From the NCBI GenBank assembly GCA_041482775.1, contig JBGPEJ010000001.1, forward strand, positions 1-43,407: 43,407 nucleotides of DNA, written 5' to 3'. Position 1 is the stretch's first letter. Every line of letters begins with the position of its first letter. This document shows positions 14,911 through 24,009 of the stretch, in pieces. The notes under the pieces are model-generated. The model did no database searches and was not told the DNA's origin. It saw nothing but the letters and a program-made list of their open reading frames with translations. The DNA is from Gemmatimonadota bacterium (lineage in GTDB: Bacteria; Gemmatimonadota; Gemmatimonadetes; Gemmatimonadales; GWC2-71-9). A program made the translations under genes and the position numbers.

Positions 14911-16266
14911 ATGAGCTCTCGGATATCCCGGGCGGAAGCCGGACTCGCGCTGGCCACAGGGCTGCTCCTTGCGGCGCCCGGCGCGGCGGCGGCGCACGAC
15001 ATTCCGGTCCGGGTGGCGCTGATGGCGTTCATCAAGCCGGAGGGACGGACCCTGCGCGTACTGGTGCGCGCGCCCCTCGAGGCGATGCGGGACATCGCCT
15101 TCCCGCTCAAGGGGCCCGGCTACCTCGATCTGCCGCGCAGCGACCTCCTGCTCACCGACGCCGCGAACCTCTGGATTGCCGGCTCCATGGAGCTCCAAGA
15201 GAACGGCCGCCGGATCGAGGACCCGCGGATCGTCGCGGTGCGGGTGTCGCTGCCGTCCGACCGTTCCTTCGAGTCCTGGGAGCGGGCCCTTTCCCACGTC
15301 ACCGGCGCGCCGCTCCCCGCGGAAACCGAGTTGATCTGGAAACAGGCGCTGCTCGATGTGCTGCTGGAGTACCCGATCGACTCGGCGCGCTCCGAATTCG
15401 CCATCCGGCCCGCCTTGGCGCGCCTGGGCCTCCAGACCACCACCGTCCTCCGGTTCCTGCCGCCCGGCGGCGGCGAGCGCGCCTACCAGTTCCTCGGCGA
15501 TCCCGGTTTGGTTCGGCTCGATCCGCGCTGGCACCACGCCGCGCTGCAGTTCGTCAAGCTGGGCTTCCGGCACATTCTCGACGGGATCGATCACCTGCTG
15601 TTCATCTTCTGCCTGGTGATCCCCTTCCGGAAGCTTCGCCCGCTGATCGGGATCGTTACGTCGTTCACAGTGGCCCACTCGGTTACTCTCATCGCCTCGA
15701 CCCTGGGCCTGGCTCCCACCGCGCTCTGGTTCCCGCCGCTCATCGAGGTCTTGATTGCCCTGTCGATTCTGTACATGGCGTTCGAGAACATCGTGGGAGC
15801 GCGTCAGGACCGGCGCTGGCTGCTGGCCTTCGGCTTCGGGCTGGTGCACGGGTTCGGGTTTTCGTTCGTGCTCCGGGAGTCGCTCCAGTTCGCCGGCGTG
15901 CACCTGGCCACCTCGCTGCTGTCGTTCAATCTCGGCGTCGAGCTGGGGCAGGTCTTCGTGCTGCTGCTGACGGTTCCGCTCCTGGGGTGGCTCTTCACGA
16001 GGGTGGTCCGGGAACGGGTGGGCATCATTCTGCTCTCCGCGCTGGTGGCCCATACGGCATGGCACTGGATGCTCGACCGCGGCGCCATCCTCCGGCAGTA
16101 CCGATTCGAGTGGCCGGCGCTCGATGCGGTGTCGCTGGCGGGCGCGCTGCGCGGGCTCATGCTCCTGCTCATCATTGCGGGGGCGGGATGGCTCATGCTG
16201 GGGCTGGTGCGGCGGCTGGCGCAGCCGGGCGGCCCCCGCGAGCCCGCGGCCCAAGCGGAGAACTAG
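14911..16266 (+). CDS. HupE/UreJ_2-family membrane protein with N-terminal periplasmic domain
   Basis: 451 aa with signal MSSRISRAEAGLALATGLLLAAPGAAAAHD. The C-terminal half (HILDGIDHLLFIFCLVIP...SFTVAHSVTLI...GLVHGFGFSFVL...FNLGVELGQ) matches the HupE/UreJ-type 6-TM module. Confidence 0.8.
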   Translation: MSSRISRAEAGLALATGLLLAAPGAAAAHDIPVRVALMAFIKPEGRTLRVLVRAPLEAMRDIAFPLKGPGYLDLPRSDLLLTDAANLWIAGSMELQENGRRIEDPRIVAVRVSLPSDRSFESWERALSHVTGAPLPAETELIWKQALLDVLLEYPIDSARSEFAIRPALARLGLQTTTVLRFLPPGGGERAYQFLGDPGLVRLDPRWHHAALQFVKLGFRHILDGIDHLLFIFCLVIPFRKLRPLIGIVTSFTVAHSVTLIASTLGLAPTALWFPPLIEVLIALSILYMAFENIVGARQDRRWLLAFGFGLVHGFGFSFVLRESLQFAGVHLATSLLSFNLGVELGQVFVLLLTVPLLGWLFTRVVRERVGIILLSALVAHTAWHWMLDRGAILRQYRFEWPALDAVSLAGALRGLMLLLIIAGAGWLMLGLVRRLAQPGGPREPAAQAEN

Positions 16267-16267
16267 G

Positions 16268-16693
16268 TTGCGCCTCCTGATTTCGGCATGCATACTGGCC
16301 TGGCATGGTACGGCCGCGGCCCAGGCCGGGGCGCGGGATTCGACCCGCTCGACCCGGACCGGCGTATATACCGCAGCCCAGGCGCTGCGCGGACGGGACA
16401 TCTATCTGCTCAACTGTGTGAGCTGCCATACCGCGGCTTCCCATACCGGTCCGGTGTTCGCCGCAAAGTGGGAAGGGCACCAGCTGTCGGATCTGTTCGA
16501 GTACATCCGGGCGTCGATGCCCAAGAGCGCTCCGGGAACCCTCACCCGGCGCGAGTACACCCAGGTGACGGCGTACCTGCTCAGGATGAACGGGATGCCG
16601 GCCGGCGCGGCCGAGCTTCCCGCCGACTCCACGGCGTTGACCAGAATCCGGATCGAGCTCAAGACGGCGCGCGACTCCGTACCAGAGAGGTGA
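16268..16693 (+). CDS. Class I c-type cytochrome, periplasmic
   Basis: TTG at 16268, 1 nt after the upstream stop, gives the signal MRLLISACILAWHGTAAAQA. The haem motif is CVSCH and the distal Met region is YIRASMPKSAPG. The track start at 16124 would overlap the HupE-like gene by 143 nt. Confidence 0.75.
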   Translation: MRLLISACILAWHGTAAAQAGARDSTRSTRTGVYTAAQALRGRDIYLLNCVSCHTAASHTGPVFAAKWEGHQLSDLFEYIRASMPKSAPGTLTRREYTQVTAYLLRMNGMPAGAAELPADSTALTRIRIELKTARDSVPER

Positions 16694-16700
16694 TCCGCCC

Positions 16701-18932
16701 ATGCCCCGCTTCTCCCGGTTTCACCGACAACACCTGATCCACAGATTTCACAGATTACACAGAATTGACAAGGTTGTTCATTTCATCTGTGCCATCTGTG
16801 TAATCTGTGGATTGAGCAGTTCGCCGCTCCTGGCCCAAACGAAGCCAACCGCGCGCGGCAACGTCCCCGGTGAGTGGCGGGCGTGGGGCGGCGACCTCTG
16901 GAGCACCCGGTATTCTCCGCTCGACCAGATCAACGCGAGGAACTTCGACTCGCTGAAGGTGGCCTGGCAGTGGAACGCGGGAGCCTTCGGCAGCGACGAG
17001 TATTACCGGACCACACCGCTCTACGCCAACGGCCGTCTCTTCACCGTGGCCACCACCCGCCGAGTGGCGATGGCGCTCGACCCCGCCACCGGCGAGACCC
17101 TCTGGATGTGGCGCCTGGACGAAGGGATCCGGTGGCAGAAAGCGCCACGCCAGTTTGCCGGGCGCGGGCTGGCCTATTGGACCGACGGCAAGGACGAACG
17201 GGTCATTGTCGTGACGCCGGGATACCACCTGGCCTCGCTGGACGCCAGGACCGGCATCCCCGACCCCAAGTTCGGCACCAACGGCGTGGTGGATCTGATG
17301 CCCGGGCTGGGGCTCCCGATGGTGCCGCTCGCGGTCGACGACTCGGGCCCGCTCATCATCAGCGACGCCGCGCCCGCCCGCCAGGCGCGCCCGGGGGAAA
17401 TCTGGGACCCGATCAAGAAGATCGGCGCCGACGGGACCATTGGAATCGATCCCACACTGGGCGAAATCGCCAACAGCTCCCCCGCCATCGTCGTGAACGA
17501 CGTCATCGTGGTGGGAAATTCCTCGATTCACGGCTACTACCCGATCCGCTTTCGCAACATCCCGGGTTTCATCCGGGGGTTCGACGTCCACACCGGGAAG
17601 CAGCTCTGGAAATTCAGCCTGATCCCCCAGCCGGGAGAGTTCGGCGCGGAGACCTGGCTCAACGGCTCCAAGATCGGGACCGAAGGGGTGGGCAAGAACG
17701 ACGCCTGGGCCACCTACTCCGCCGATCCTGGGCTCGGCCTGGTTTACATCCCGGTGGGCATGCCGCTGCTGGACGAATACGGTGGCCACCGGCCGGGAGA
17801 CAATCTCTTCGGCACCAGCCTGGTGGCGCTCGACGTCAAGACCGGGAAGCGGCGCTGGCACTTCCAGATGGTGCACCACGACATCTGGGACTACGACAAC
17901 CCGATGTCGCCGAACCTCCTCGATGTCACGGTGGATGGGCGGCCGCGGAAGATCATCGCCCAGACCACCAAGCAGGGCTGGGCCTACGTCTTCGACCGGG
18001 TGACCGGTGCACCGATCTGGCCGATCGTGGAAACGCCGGTGCTGCCGAGCGAGGTGCCGGGGGAGCGCACCTCGCCCACCCAGCCGGTTCCCAGCAAACC
18101 GGCGCCGTACGCGCAGCAGGGGCTGCTGGAAACCGACCTGATCGACTACACCCCGGCCATCAGGGATTCGGCGCTCAAGATCGCCAAGCGCTGCCGCATG
18201 GGGCCCTGGTTCATCCCGGCCTCGCTCGCCGACGGCACCGGGGCAAGCGGCTACAAGTGCTCCTGGTACGCGCCCGGCGCCGGCGGCGGCGTCAACATCG
18301 ACGGCGGGGCGGCAGCGGATCCGGAAACCGGGATGATGTACGTCGGAGCTATCAGCGGGCTCAGCACCATCCAGGTGCAGAAGGATCCCTGCTCCGAATT
18401 CCGCTACAGCTCACCCCGCGACAACTGTGGATTGATCGGCGCGCTGCCGCCACCGCCCGGCTACCAGCCGCCGGCCAGCCGAGGGGGAGAATTCGAGGGG
18501 CGCGGCGCGCTCTCCCAACTGGGCGGGGTCTCGATCCTCAAGCCGAAGCCGTTCGGCGGCATCACCGCCTACAACCTGAATTCGGGAGACAAGGCGTGGT
18601 GGGCCCCCAACGGGGGGACGAGCCCGGTAACCAGCACCTCCCCGCTCTTTGCCGGAGTCACCCTGCCACCAGCACCCGGACGGGGGCTGGCACAGGTGAT
18701 CACGACCAAGACGCTGGTGATCTACGGTACCGGCCGGAGCGGCGGGGTGCCCGACGCGGAGCCGAAGCTGTTCGCGCTGGACAAGGCCACCGGGAAGCCG
18801 GTCGGCGCGGTCGAGATTCCCGGCCGGACCACCGCGGTGCCGATGACCTTCATGCACCAGGGCCGCCAGTACATCGTCTTCGCAACCGGCGTGGGAGAGA
18901 ACACCTCGCTGGTGGCGCTCCGGCTTCCCTAA
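16701..18932 (+). CDS. PQQ-dependent dehydrogenase (soluble glucose/alcohol dehydrogenase-type 8-bladed propeller)
   Basis: 743 aa. GAGAGGTGA acts as SD 7-8 nt before the ATG. EWRAWGGDLWSTRYSPLDQIN, repeated W-docking blades and QMVHHDIWDYDNP resemble quinoprotein active-site regions. Confidence 0.9.
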   Translation: MPRFSRFHRQHLIHRFHRLHRIDKVVHFICAICVICGLSSSPLLAQTKPTARGNVPGEWRAWGGDLWSTRYSPLDQINARNFDSLKVAWQWNAGAFGSDEYYRTTPLYANGRLFTVATTRRVAMALDPATGETLWMWRLDEGIRWQKAPRQFAGRGLAYWTDGKDERVIVVTPGYHLASLDARTGIPDPKFGTNGVVDLMPGLGLPMVPLAVDDSGPLIISDAAPARQARPGEIWDPIKKIGADGTIGIDPTLGEIANSSPAIVVNDVIVVGNSSIHGYYPIRFRNIPGFIRGFDVHTGKQLWKFSLIPQPGEFGAETWLNGSKIGTEGVGKNDAWATYSADPGLGLVYIPVGMPLLDEYGGHRPGDNLFGTSLVALDVKTGKRRWHFQMVHHDIWDYDNPMSPNLLDVTVDGRPRKIIAQTTKQGWAYVFDRVTGAPIWPIVETPVLPSEVPGERTSPTQPVPSKPAPYAQQGLLETDLIDYTPAIRDSALKIAKRCRMGPWFIPASLADGTGASGYKCSWYAPGAGGGVNIDGGAAADPETGMMYVGAISGLSTIQVQKDPCSEFRYSSPRDNCGLIGALPPPPGYQPPASRGGEFEGRGALSQLGGVSILKPKPFGGITAYNLNSGDKAWWAPNGGTSPVTSTSPLFAGVTLPPAPGRGLAQVITTKTLVIYGTGRSGGVPDAEPKLFALDKATGKPVGAVEIPGRTTAVPMTFMHQGRQYIVFATGVGENTSLVALRLP
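16737..16812. repeat. Imperfect 28-bp inverted repeat built from three in-frame 9-bp units per arm, inside the PQQ-dehydrogenase signal-peptide coding region
   Basis: The left arm (16737-16764) is ATCCACAGATTTCACAGATTACACAGAA. The right arm (16785-16812) is ATCTGTGCCATCTGTGTAATCTGTGGAT. 24 of the 28 positions are complementary. Confidence 0.8.
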
Positions 18933-20104
18933 CGGCCGTTGGTCGACGCCTTACCCGCGGGGAAGATCTCCTTGAACGCGGTGATGAACCGGGTCATCTC
19001 GTCCGCGGTCCCGACCGAAACCCGGAGATGCTCCGGCACCGCCGTGAACGGCCGGCCCACCAGCACCCCCCGCTTCCGGAACTCCTCGACCACCGGCGGC
19101 ACCGGCCGCCGGACGTGGACCAGGAAGAAGTTCGCGTCGGAGGGCACCACCGGATAACCGTGGGCGGCGAGATCCGCCATGGTCTTGCCGCGCAGCTCCA
19201 GGGTCACCCGCTTGACCCAGGCCTGGGACGCGGTGTCCTTGAGCGCCGCCACCCCGCCCCACTTCACGATGGCGTTGATGCTCCCGACGCTGTAGGGCCG
19301 CAGCCGCTGCAGCAGCCCCTTCGGCGCCACCGCATAGCCCAGCCGCATTCCCGCCAGCGCCGCGATCTTCGAGAACGTCCGGGTCACGATGACCTGTCGC
19401 CCCTCCAGCACGTAGGGGATCGCCGTGGCGTAGTTGGGATCGTCCACGAAGTGGAAGTAGGCCTCGTCGATGACCACCGGGACATCGTTGGGAATCCCGT
19501 CGAGCAACTGGGCCACTTCCTGTTTCGTCACCATCCGTCCGGTAGGATTGTTCGGGCTGCAGAGGTAGACCAGGCCCACGTCCCGGTAATTCGCGTGGAC
19601 CGCCGCGATGGTGGCCGGGATGTCCTGCCGGAAATCCGGCAGGAGCGGCAACTTGATCTGGTCGGCCTTGAGCGCGGTCACGTGCTGGTAGAGCACATCG
19701 TAGGACGGCTCGGCCCCCACGATCTTCCGGTCACCCATCAGCAATGCGGTGCACGCCACGTCGAGGATCTCGCCCGATCCGGCCCCCAGCAGCACGTTCT
19801 CCGGTTGGACGCCGTGGAGCCTGGCGATCTCCTCGGTGATGCCGCCGTCCGGATATCCGTAGCGGTTGGCGTACTTGAAGGCGTCGGTCATCGCCTTCAT
19901 GACCGATTCGGGCGGCCCGTACGGGTTCTCGTTGTTGGCCAGCTTGGCAAGCGCGTCGTACTCGTCCACCGTCGGCTGGCGGCGGGGAACCGGGTTCTGC
20001 CCGAGAGACCAGAGCCGGGCGCCGGGCTTGAGGGTGAGAAATCCGAAGGCGGTGGCCACCCCGCCGAAGAAGCGTCGTCGCGAGACCGCGGGCATTACGT
20101 CCAT
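18929..20104 (-). CDS. Class I/II PLP aminotransferase (HisC-like) with twin-arginine signal
   Basis: 391 aa. The Tat motif is SRRRFFGGVATAFGFLTL. LANNENPYGPP and TRTFSKIAALAGMRLGY (PLP lysine) are HisC-family hallmarks. AAGGGGG acts as SD. Confidence 0.9.
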   Translation of the reverse strand: MDVMPAVSRRRFFGGVATAFGFLTLKPGARLWSLGQNPVPRRQPTVDEYDALAKLANNENPYGPPESVMKAMTDAFKYANRYGYPDGGITEEIARLHGVQPENVLLGAGSGEILDVACTALLMGDRKIVGAEPSYDVLYQHVTALKADQIKLPLLPDFRQDIPATIAAVHANYRDVGLVYLCSPNNPTGRMVTKQEVAQLLDGIPNDVPVVIDEAYFHFVDDPNYATAIPYVLEGRQVIVTRTFSKIAALAGMRLGYAVAPKGLLQRLRPYSVGSINAIVKWGGVAALKDTASQAWVKRVTLELRGKTMADLAAHGYPVVPSDANFFLVHVRRPVPPVVEEFRKRGVLVGRPFTAVPEHLRVSVGTADEMTRFITAFKEIFPAGKASTNGR

Positions 20105-20117
20105 TGCGACCCCCTTC

Positions 20118-22301
20118 TCATCCCCATGTGAGATCGTGCTTCCCGATCGGCAGCGAGCGCACCCGTTTCCCGGTGGCCTCGAAAATGGCGTTGCAGAGCG
20201 CCGGGAGCACCGGCGGCAGAGCCGGCTCCCCCAGTCCGGTGGGCGGGAAGTCCGTCTTCCGGAAGAACACCTCCACCGGGGGCGCCTGGATCAGTCGAAG
20301 CAGCGGGAAATCGTGGAAATTGCTCTGAACGGTACTGCCTCCCTCGATAGTGATCTCCTGGTGGAGCGCCTGGGCGATCCCGTCGAGCACCGCGCCCTGC
20401 ACCTGGTTTTCGGCGTTGCCGGGGTTGATCACCTCGCTCCCGATGTCGCCAGCCACCCACACCTGTTCTACCGTCAGCACCCCGCGCCGGCTCACGCTCG
20501 CCTGCACCACCTCGGCGAAATGGCCCCGATGGCTGAAGTGGAACGCCAATCCCATTCCGGTGCCGCGGACCCTGGGACGGGAGGCCCACCCCGACTTTTG
20601 CGCCACCAGCTCGAGCACGCCGCGCATCCGCGCGGTGTCGAGGCCGTCCGCTGCGGCGTGACCCCCGGCCAGCAGGTCCAGCCGGAACTGCAGGGGATCC
20701 TTGCCCGCGGCGTGCGCCAGCTCGTCGAGGAACGACTGCATCACGAAGGCAACCCCGTTGCTGGTCGGCGCGCGCAGCGCGCCGGTGGGCACCCCCAGGG
20801 GCATCACCGAGCTGCCGAGCCCGTAGTTCGGCACGAAGCCCTGGGGGAATTCGGTCGGCCCGAGCCCCGCGCTCGAGGCAAAGCGCTCCCCCTCACCGAA
20901 GGAAACGAAGTGATTGCGCCACGCCACCAGTCTCCCCCCGGCATCCACCCCGCCGGTGAGATAGTGGAACCCGGCGGGACGATAGAAGTCGTGGCGGATG
21001 TCGTCCTCCCGGGTCCAGAGGAGCTTGACCGGCACCCCCGCCTGCTTCGCGATGGCCGCCGCTTCCACCATGTAGTCGTTGTTGAGCCGCCGGCCGAAGC
21101 CGCCGCCGCACCGGGTCAGATGAATCGTGATGTCGGTCTCCGGAATGCCGAGGGTGCGGACCACCAGTCCGCGCCCACTCTGGGGGGTCTGGGTCGGCGC
21201 CCAGATCTCCAACTTCCCGTCCCGGAAATGCGCGGTGCAGTTCTGCGGCTCCAGCGGCGCGTGTGCGATGAAAGGATAGAAGTACTCCGCCTTCACCACC
21301 TTGGCGGCCCCGCCGAGCGCGGCGTCCACGTCGCCGTCGCTCTTGAGGGACCGCTGCGGCGGCCGAAGGGAGAGCTCCGCCGCCCGCTTGGCGAACCCCG
21401 CGCTGCTCTGCTCGGCGGTGGCTCCCTCGTCCCACACCACCACCAGCTTCTCCCGTGCCTTGCGCGCGGCCCACCAGCTGTCGGCCACAATGGCCACGCC
21501 GGCCAGCAGCCCGTTGAGCGTGGTGCCGCCGTCGACCGTAAACGCCTGTCGCACGCCCGGCTGCGCCCTCACCACATCCAGATTTGCGCTCCGCACCGTC
21601 CCGGCGAATACCGGGCACTTCTCGAACACGGCGTAGAGCATGCCGGGCAGCGTGACGTCGATGCCGTACATCGGCGTGCCGGTCACGATCGCGTGGGTGT
21701 CCACCCCGCGCACCGACTTCCCGATAATGTGAAAATCCTTCGGGTCCTTGAGCTTCACGGTCTCGAGCGCGGGGGCGGACAGCCGGGCCGCCCTGGTCAG
21801 GAGCTCACCGTACCGAAGGCTCCGCCCGCTGGCGCGGTGGTACACCACACCTGACGCGGTCTCGCACTCTCCCTCGGCAACCCCCCAGGTCTGGGCCGCC
21901 GCACCCACCAGCACGGCGCGCCCCGCCGCACCCACCTGGCGCATCGGCAACCAGTTGTTGGGTGTCGCGGTGCTCCCTCCCGCGAATTGGCTGGTATAGC
22001 GCGTGGTGTCGAGCCCCGCCTGCTCGATCCGCACGTCCTTCCAGTCCACGTCCAGCTCGTCCGCGATGATCATCGGAAGCATCGTCTTGACGCCCTGACC
22101 GATTTCCGGATTCTTCGCGATGATGGTGACGATTCCGTCCGGCATGATGCGGATGAATGCGTTGAGTTCCGGGGCTTGCTGCGCCGCCAGCGCCGACTTG
22201 AGGCCGAAGCGCTCGAGCGTGCTTCCCAGCAGAATTCCTCCCCCCGCCACCGCGGTGACCTGAAGGAACTCCCGGCGCGAGACCCCCTTGATGGCTGTCA
22301 T
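20118..22301 (-). CDS. Molybdopterin-binding subunit of a xanthine-dehydrogenase-family (IorB/aldehyde oxidoreductase-like) enzyme, Tat-exported
   Basis: 727 aa. The Tat signal is [22 protein letters not shown]. The length and motifs (GGGFGRR, EIGQGV) are typical. GGAGGG acts as SD. Confidence 0.9.
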   Translation of the reverse strand: MTAIKGVSRREFLQVTAVAGGGILLGSTLERFGLKSALAAQQAPELNAFIRIMPDGIVTIIAKNPEIGQGVKTMLPMIIADELDVDWKDVRIEQAGLDTTRYTSQFAGGSTATPNNWLPMRQVGAAGRAVLVGAAAQTWGVAEGECETASGVVYHRASGRSLRYGELLTRAARLSAPALETVKLKDPKDFHIIGKSVRGVDTHAIVTGTPMYGIDVTLPGMLYAVFEKCPVFAGTVRSANLDVVRAQPGVRQAFTVDGGTTLNGLLAGVAIVADSWWAARKAREKLVVVWDEGATAEQSSAGFAKRAAELSLRPPQRSLKSDGDVDAALGGAAKVVKAEYFYPFIAHAPLEPQNCTAHFRDGKLEIWAPTQTPQSGRGLVVRTLGIPETDITIHLTRCGGGFGRRLNNDYMVEAAAIAKQAGVPVKLLWTREDDIRHDFYRPAGFHYLTGGVDAGGRLVAWRNHFVSFGEGERFASSAGLGPTEFPQGFVPNYGLGSSVMPLGVPTGALRAPTSNGVAFVMQSFLDELAHAAGKDPLQFRLDLLAGGHAAADGLDTARMRGVLELVAQKSGWASRPRVRGTGMGLAFHFSHRGHFAEVVQASVSRRGVLTVEQVWVAGDIGSEVINPGNAENQVQGAVLDGIAQALHQEITIEGGSTVQSNFHDFPLLRLIQAPPVEVFFRKTDFPPTGLGEPALPPVLPALCNAIFEATGKRVRSLPIGKHDLTWG

Positions 22302-22310
22302 GGTCCCTCC

Positions 22311-22799
22311 TCAGGAGTCCCGGTTGGAGGAGCCCGTCGCGGCCGTCGCCATCCTCGCCGCCCGGTGGATTCCCTGCCGGATCCTCAGGTAGGTGGCGCA
22401 GCGGCAGAGATTCCCGTTCATCGCGGCGTCGATGTCGGCATCGGTCGGCTTCGGCGTCCGGGCCAGCAGTGCCGCGGCCGACATGAGCTGCCCCGCCTGG
22501 CAGTAGCCGCACTGCGGGATGTCGAGCTCTTCCCAGGCGCGCTGCAAGGCATGGGTCCCCTCGGGCGAAAGCCCTTCGATCGTGGTGACCTCCGCCCCCG
22601 CCACCGCGGCGATCGGGAGCACGCACGACCGGGCTGCCGCTCCGCGGATGTGCACCGTGCAGGCGCCGCACTGCGCCACGCCGCAGCCGTACTTGGTGCC
22701 CTTGAGGTCGAGTACGTCGCGCAGCACCCAGAGGAGCGGCATGTCCGGCGCAACGTCCACCGTGGCCGACTTCCCGTTGACCTTGAAGGTGACGCTCAT
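22311..22799 (-). CDS. (2Fe-2S)-binding small subunit (IorA/CoxS-like)
   Basis: 162 aa starting [10 protein letters not shown], with cluster motifs [20 protein letters not shown] and NLCRCATY. The ATG at 22799 overlaps the upstream stop as ATGA. Confidence 0.9.
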   Translation of the reverse strand: MSVTFKVNGKSATVDVAPDMPLLWVLRDVLDLKGTKYGCGVAQCGACTVHIRGAAARSCVLPIAAVAGAEVTTIEGLSPEGTHALQRAWEELDIPQCGYCQAGQLMSAAALLARTPKPTDADIDAAMNGNLCRCATYLRIRQGIHRAARMATAATGSSNRDS

Positions 22800-23863
22800 G
22801 GTCTGACGTACCTCCGGAGTGTGCGCGGACCGACCTCCGCGCCGTAAATATTCCCTCTCCCATCCACCGCGATGCCCTCCGCCGCGCTGGTGCCGGTGGC
22901 GTGCTCCGCGGGGTCGGGAATGAACGCCCAGACCGCACCGTCCTTGGCGCTTCCGATCCGGATTCCCCGCTTCCATTCCCCGTGCGCCGGAGCAACCGAG
23001 CCCGACTCGGAGTCGGTCACGTAGATCGTGTCGTTCCGGATGTAGATCCCGCTCGGCCGGCTGAACTGGAGCCATTCCGCGAGGAATCGGCCGTCCTGGT
23101 CGAAGATCTGAATCCGGTTGTTGCTCCGGTCTCCCACGAAGAGACGGCCCCGCGAATCCATGGCCAGTGCGTGGGGCTGGTCCAGCTCCCCCGGACCGGT
23201 GCCCTTGCTGCCGAAGGCCTTCAGGAACTTTCCGTCCTTGCCGAACTTGAGAATCCGCGCGTTGGCCCCCGGCGCCGACGAATGCCCCTCGGCTACGAAT
23301 ATGTCGCCGTTGGGGGCAACCAGCACGTCGTTGGGCTGGGTGAAGTACTCCGGCTCCCGGGCCCCGCCGGCCTTGCCGAGGGTCAGGAGCAGTGTGCCGT
23401 CGGGACTGAACTTGAATACCTGGTGGCCCTTGGGCCCGGCCGCCGCGGCCGCCTCCCGCTGCGCGGCGGTCCCGGTGCAGGCGCAGTCGGTCACCCAGAG
23501 GTTGCCGTCCCGGTCCACGAAGATCCCGTGGGGGGAGAGCAGGATGCCCGAGCCGAAGCTCTTCACCAGCGTCCCGGCCGAATCGAACTTCAGAATCGGA
23601 TCGAGATTGGAGCCGGCGCAGCTGTTGGTGCCACAGCGCTCCGCCACCCACACGCTTCGGCCGTCCCGGTCGATCTCGACCGCGCTGGTGGAGCCCCAGA
23701 TTCTGCCCGGCGGCATCCGGGCCCAGCCTTCGATGGTTTGGTAGGGATTCGGAAGGTCGTTGACGGGGCGGGTGCCGCTTCCCCCTTGGGCCAACACCCG
23801 GGAGCCGAGGCCGGCCAGCGTTCCGGCCATGAACGCCGACCTGAGCGCTGTCCATACTCTCAT
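22796..23863 (-). CDS. NHL-repeat beta-propeller protein, secreted (paralogue of 13648-14874)
   Basis: 355 aa with signal [29 protein letters not shown] blades are visible ([65 protein letters not shown]). Confidence 0.85.
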   Translation of the reverse strand: MRVWTALRSAFMAGTLAGLGSRVLAQGGSGTRPVNDLPNPYQTIEGWARMPPGRIWGSTSAVEIDRDGRSVWVAERCGTNSCAGSNLDPILKFDSAGTLVKSFGSGILLSPHGIFVDRDGNLWVTDCACTGTAAQREAAAAAGPKGHQVFKFSPDGTLLLTLGKAGGAREPEYFTQPNDVLVAPNGDIFVAEGHSSAPGANARILKFGKDGKFLKAFGSKGTGPGELDQPHALAMDSRGRLFVGDRSNNRIQIFDQDGRFLAEWLQFSRPSGIYIRNDTIYVTDSESGSVAPAHGEWKRGIRIGSAKDGAVWAFIPDPAEHATGTSAAEGIAVDGRGNIYGAEVGPRTLRRYVRP

Positions 23864-24009
23864 GCTGTGGAACGTACTGCCGGATCGCGGCGGCTGTCAC
23901 CCTGTTCCCCGCCACCGACCGCGGCGAGGCCCTCGGCCCGGAGCAGGTTGGCGGCGTCCCCTGGCGCCCGAATGCACCCCATCTGGGAGTCCTCGAAATT
24001 AGGCGATTT

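Noticed and set aside
16124-16267. Upstream ATG start (16124) for the cytochrome c gene
   Set aside because: It would overlap the HupE-like gene by 143 nt and place about 48 Arg/Cys-rich residues ahead of the signal peptide. The TTG at 16268 gives a canonical signal peptide immediately after the upstream stop.
14875-16401. N-terminal 500-residue extension of the NHL ORF (track ORF 13648..16401)
   Set aside because: It overlaps the well-supported HupE-like gene on the other strand and has His/Arg/Pro/Glu-rich shadow composition. A good ATG with AGGAGG and a signal peptide occurs at 14874.
16812-16814. Downstream TTG (16812) as the true start of the PQQ dehydrogenase, which would make the palindromic repeat block intergenic
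   Set aside because: It would leave MSSSPLLAQ... with no signal peptide on an enzyme that must be periplasmic. ATG 16701 has a good SD and yields an n-region/h-region/AQ-T cleavage-site layout.
16874-20131. 1085-aa plus-strand ORF spanning the PQQ dehydrogenase and aminotransferase loci
   Set aside because: It is out of frame or antisense to two genes with strong family motifs. Its composition is dominated by Arg/Gly/Pro/His.
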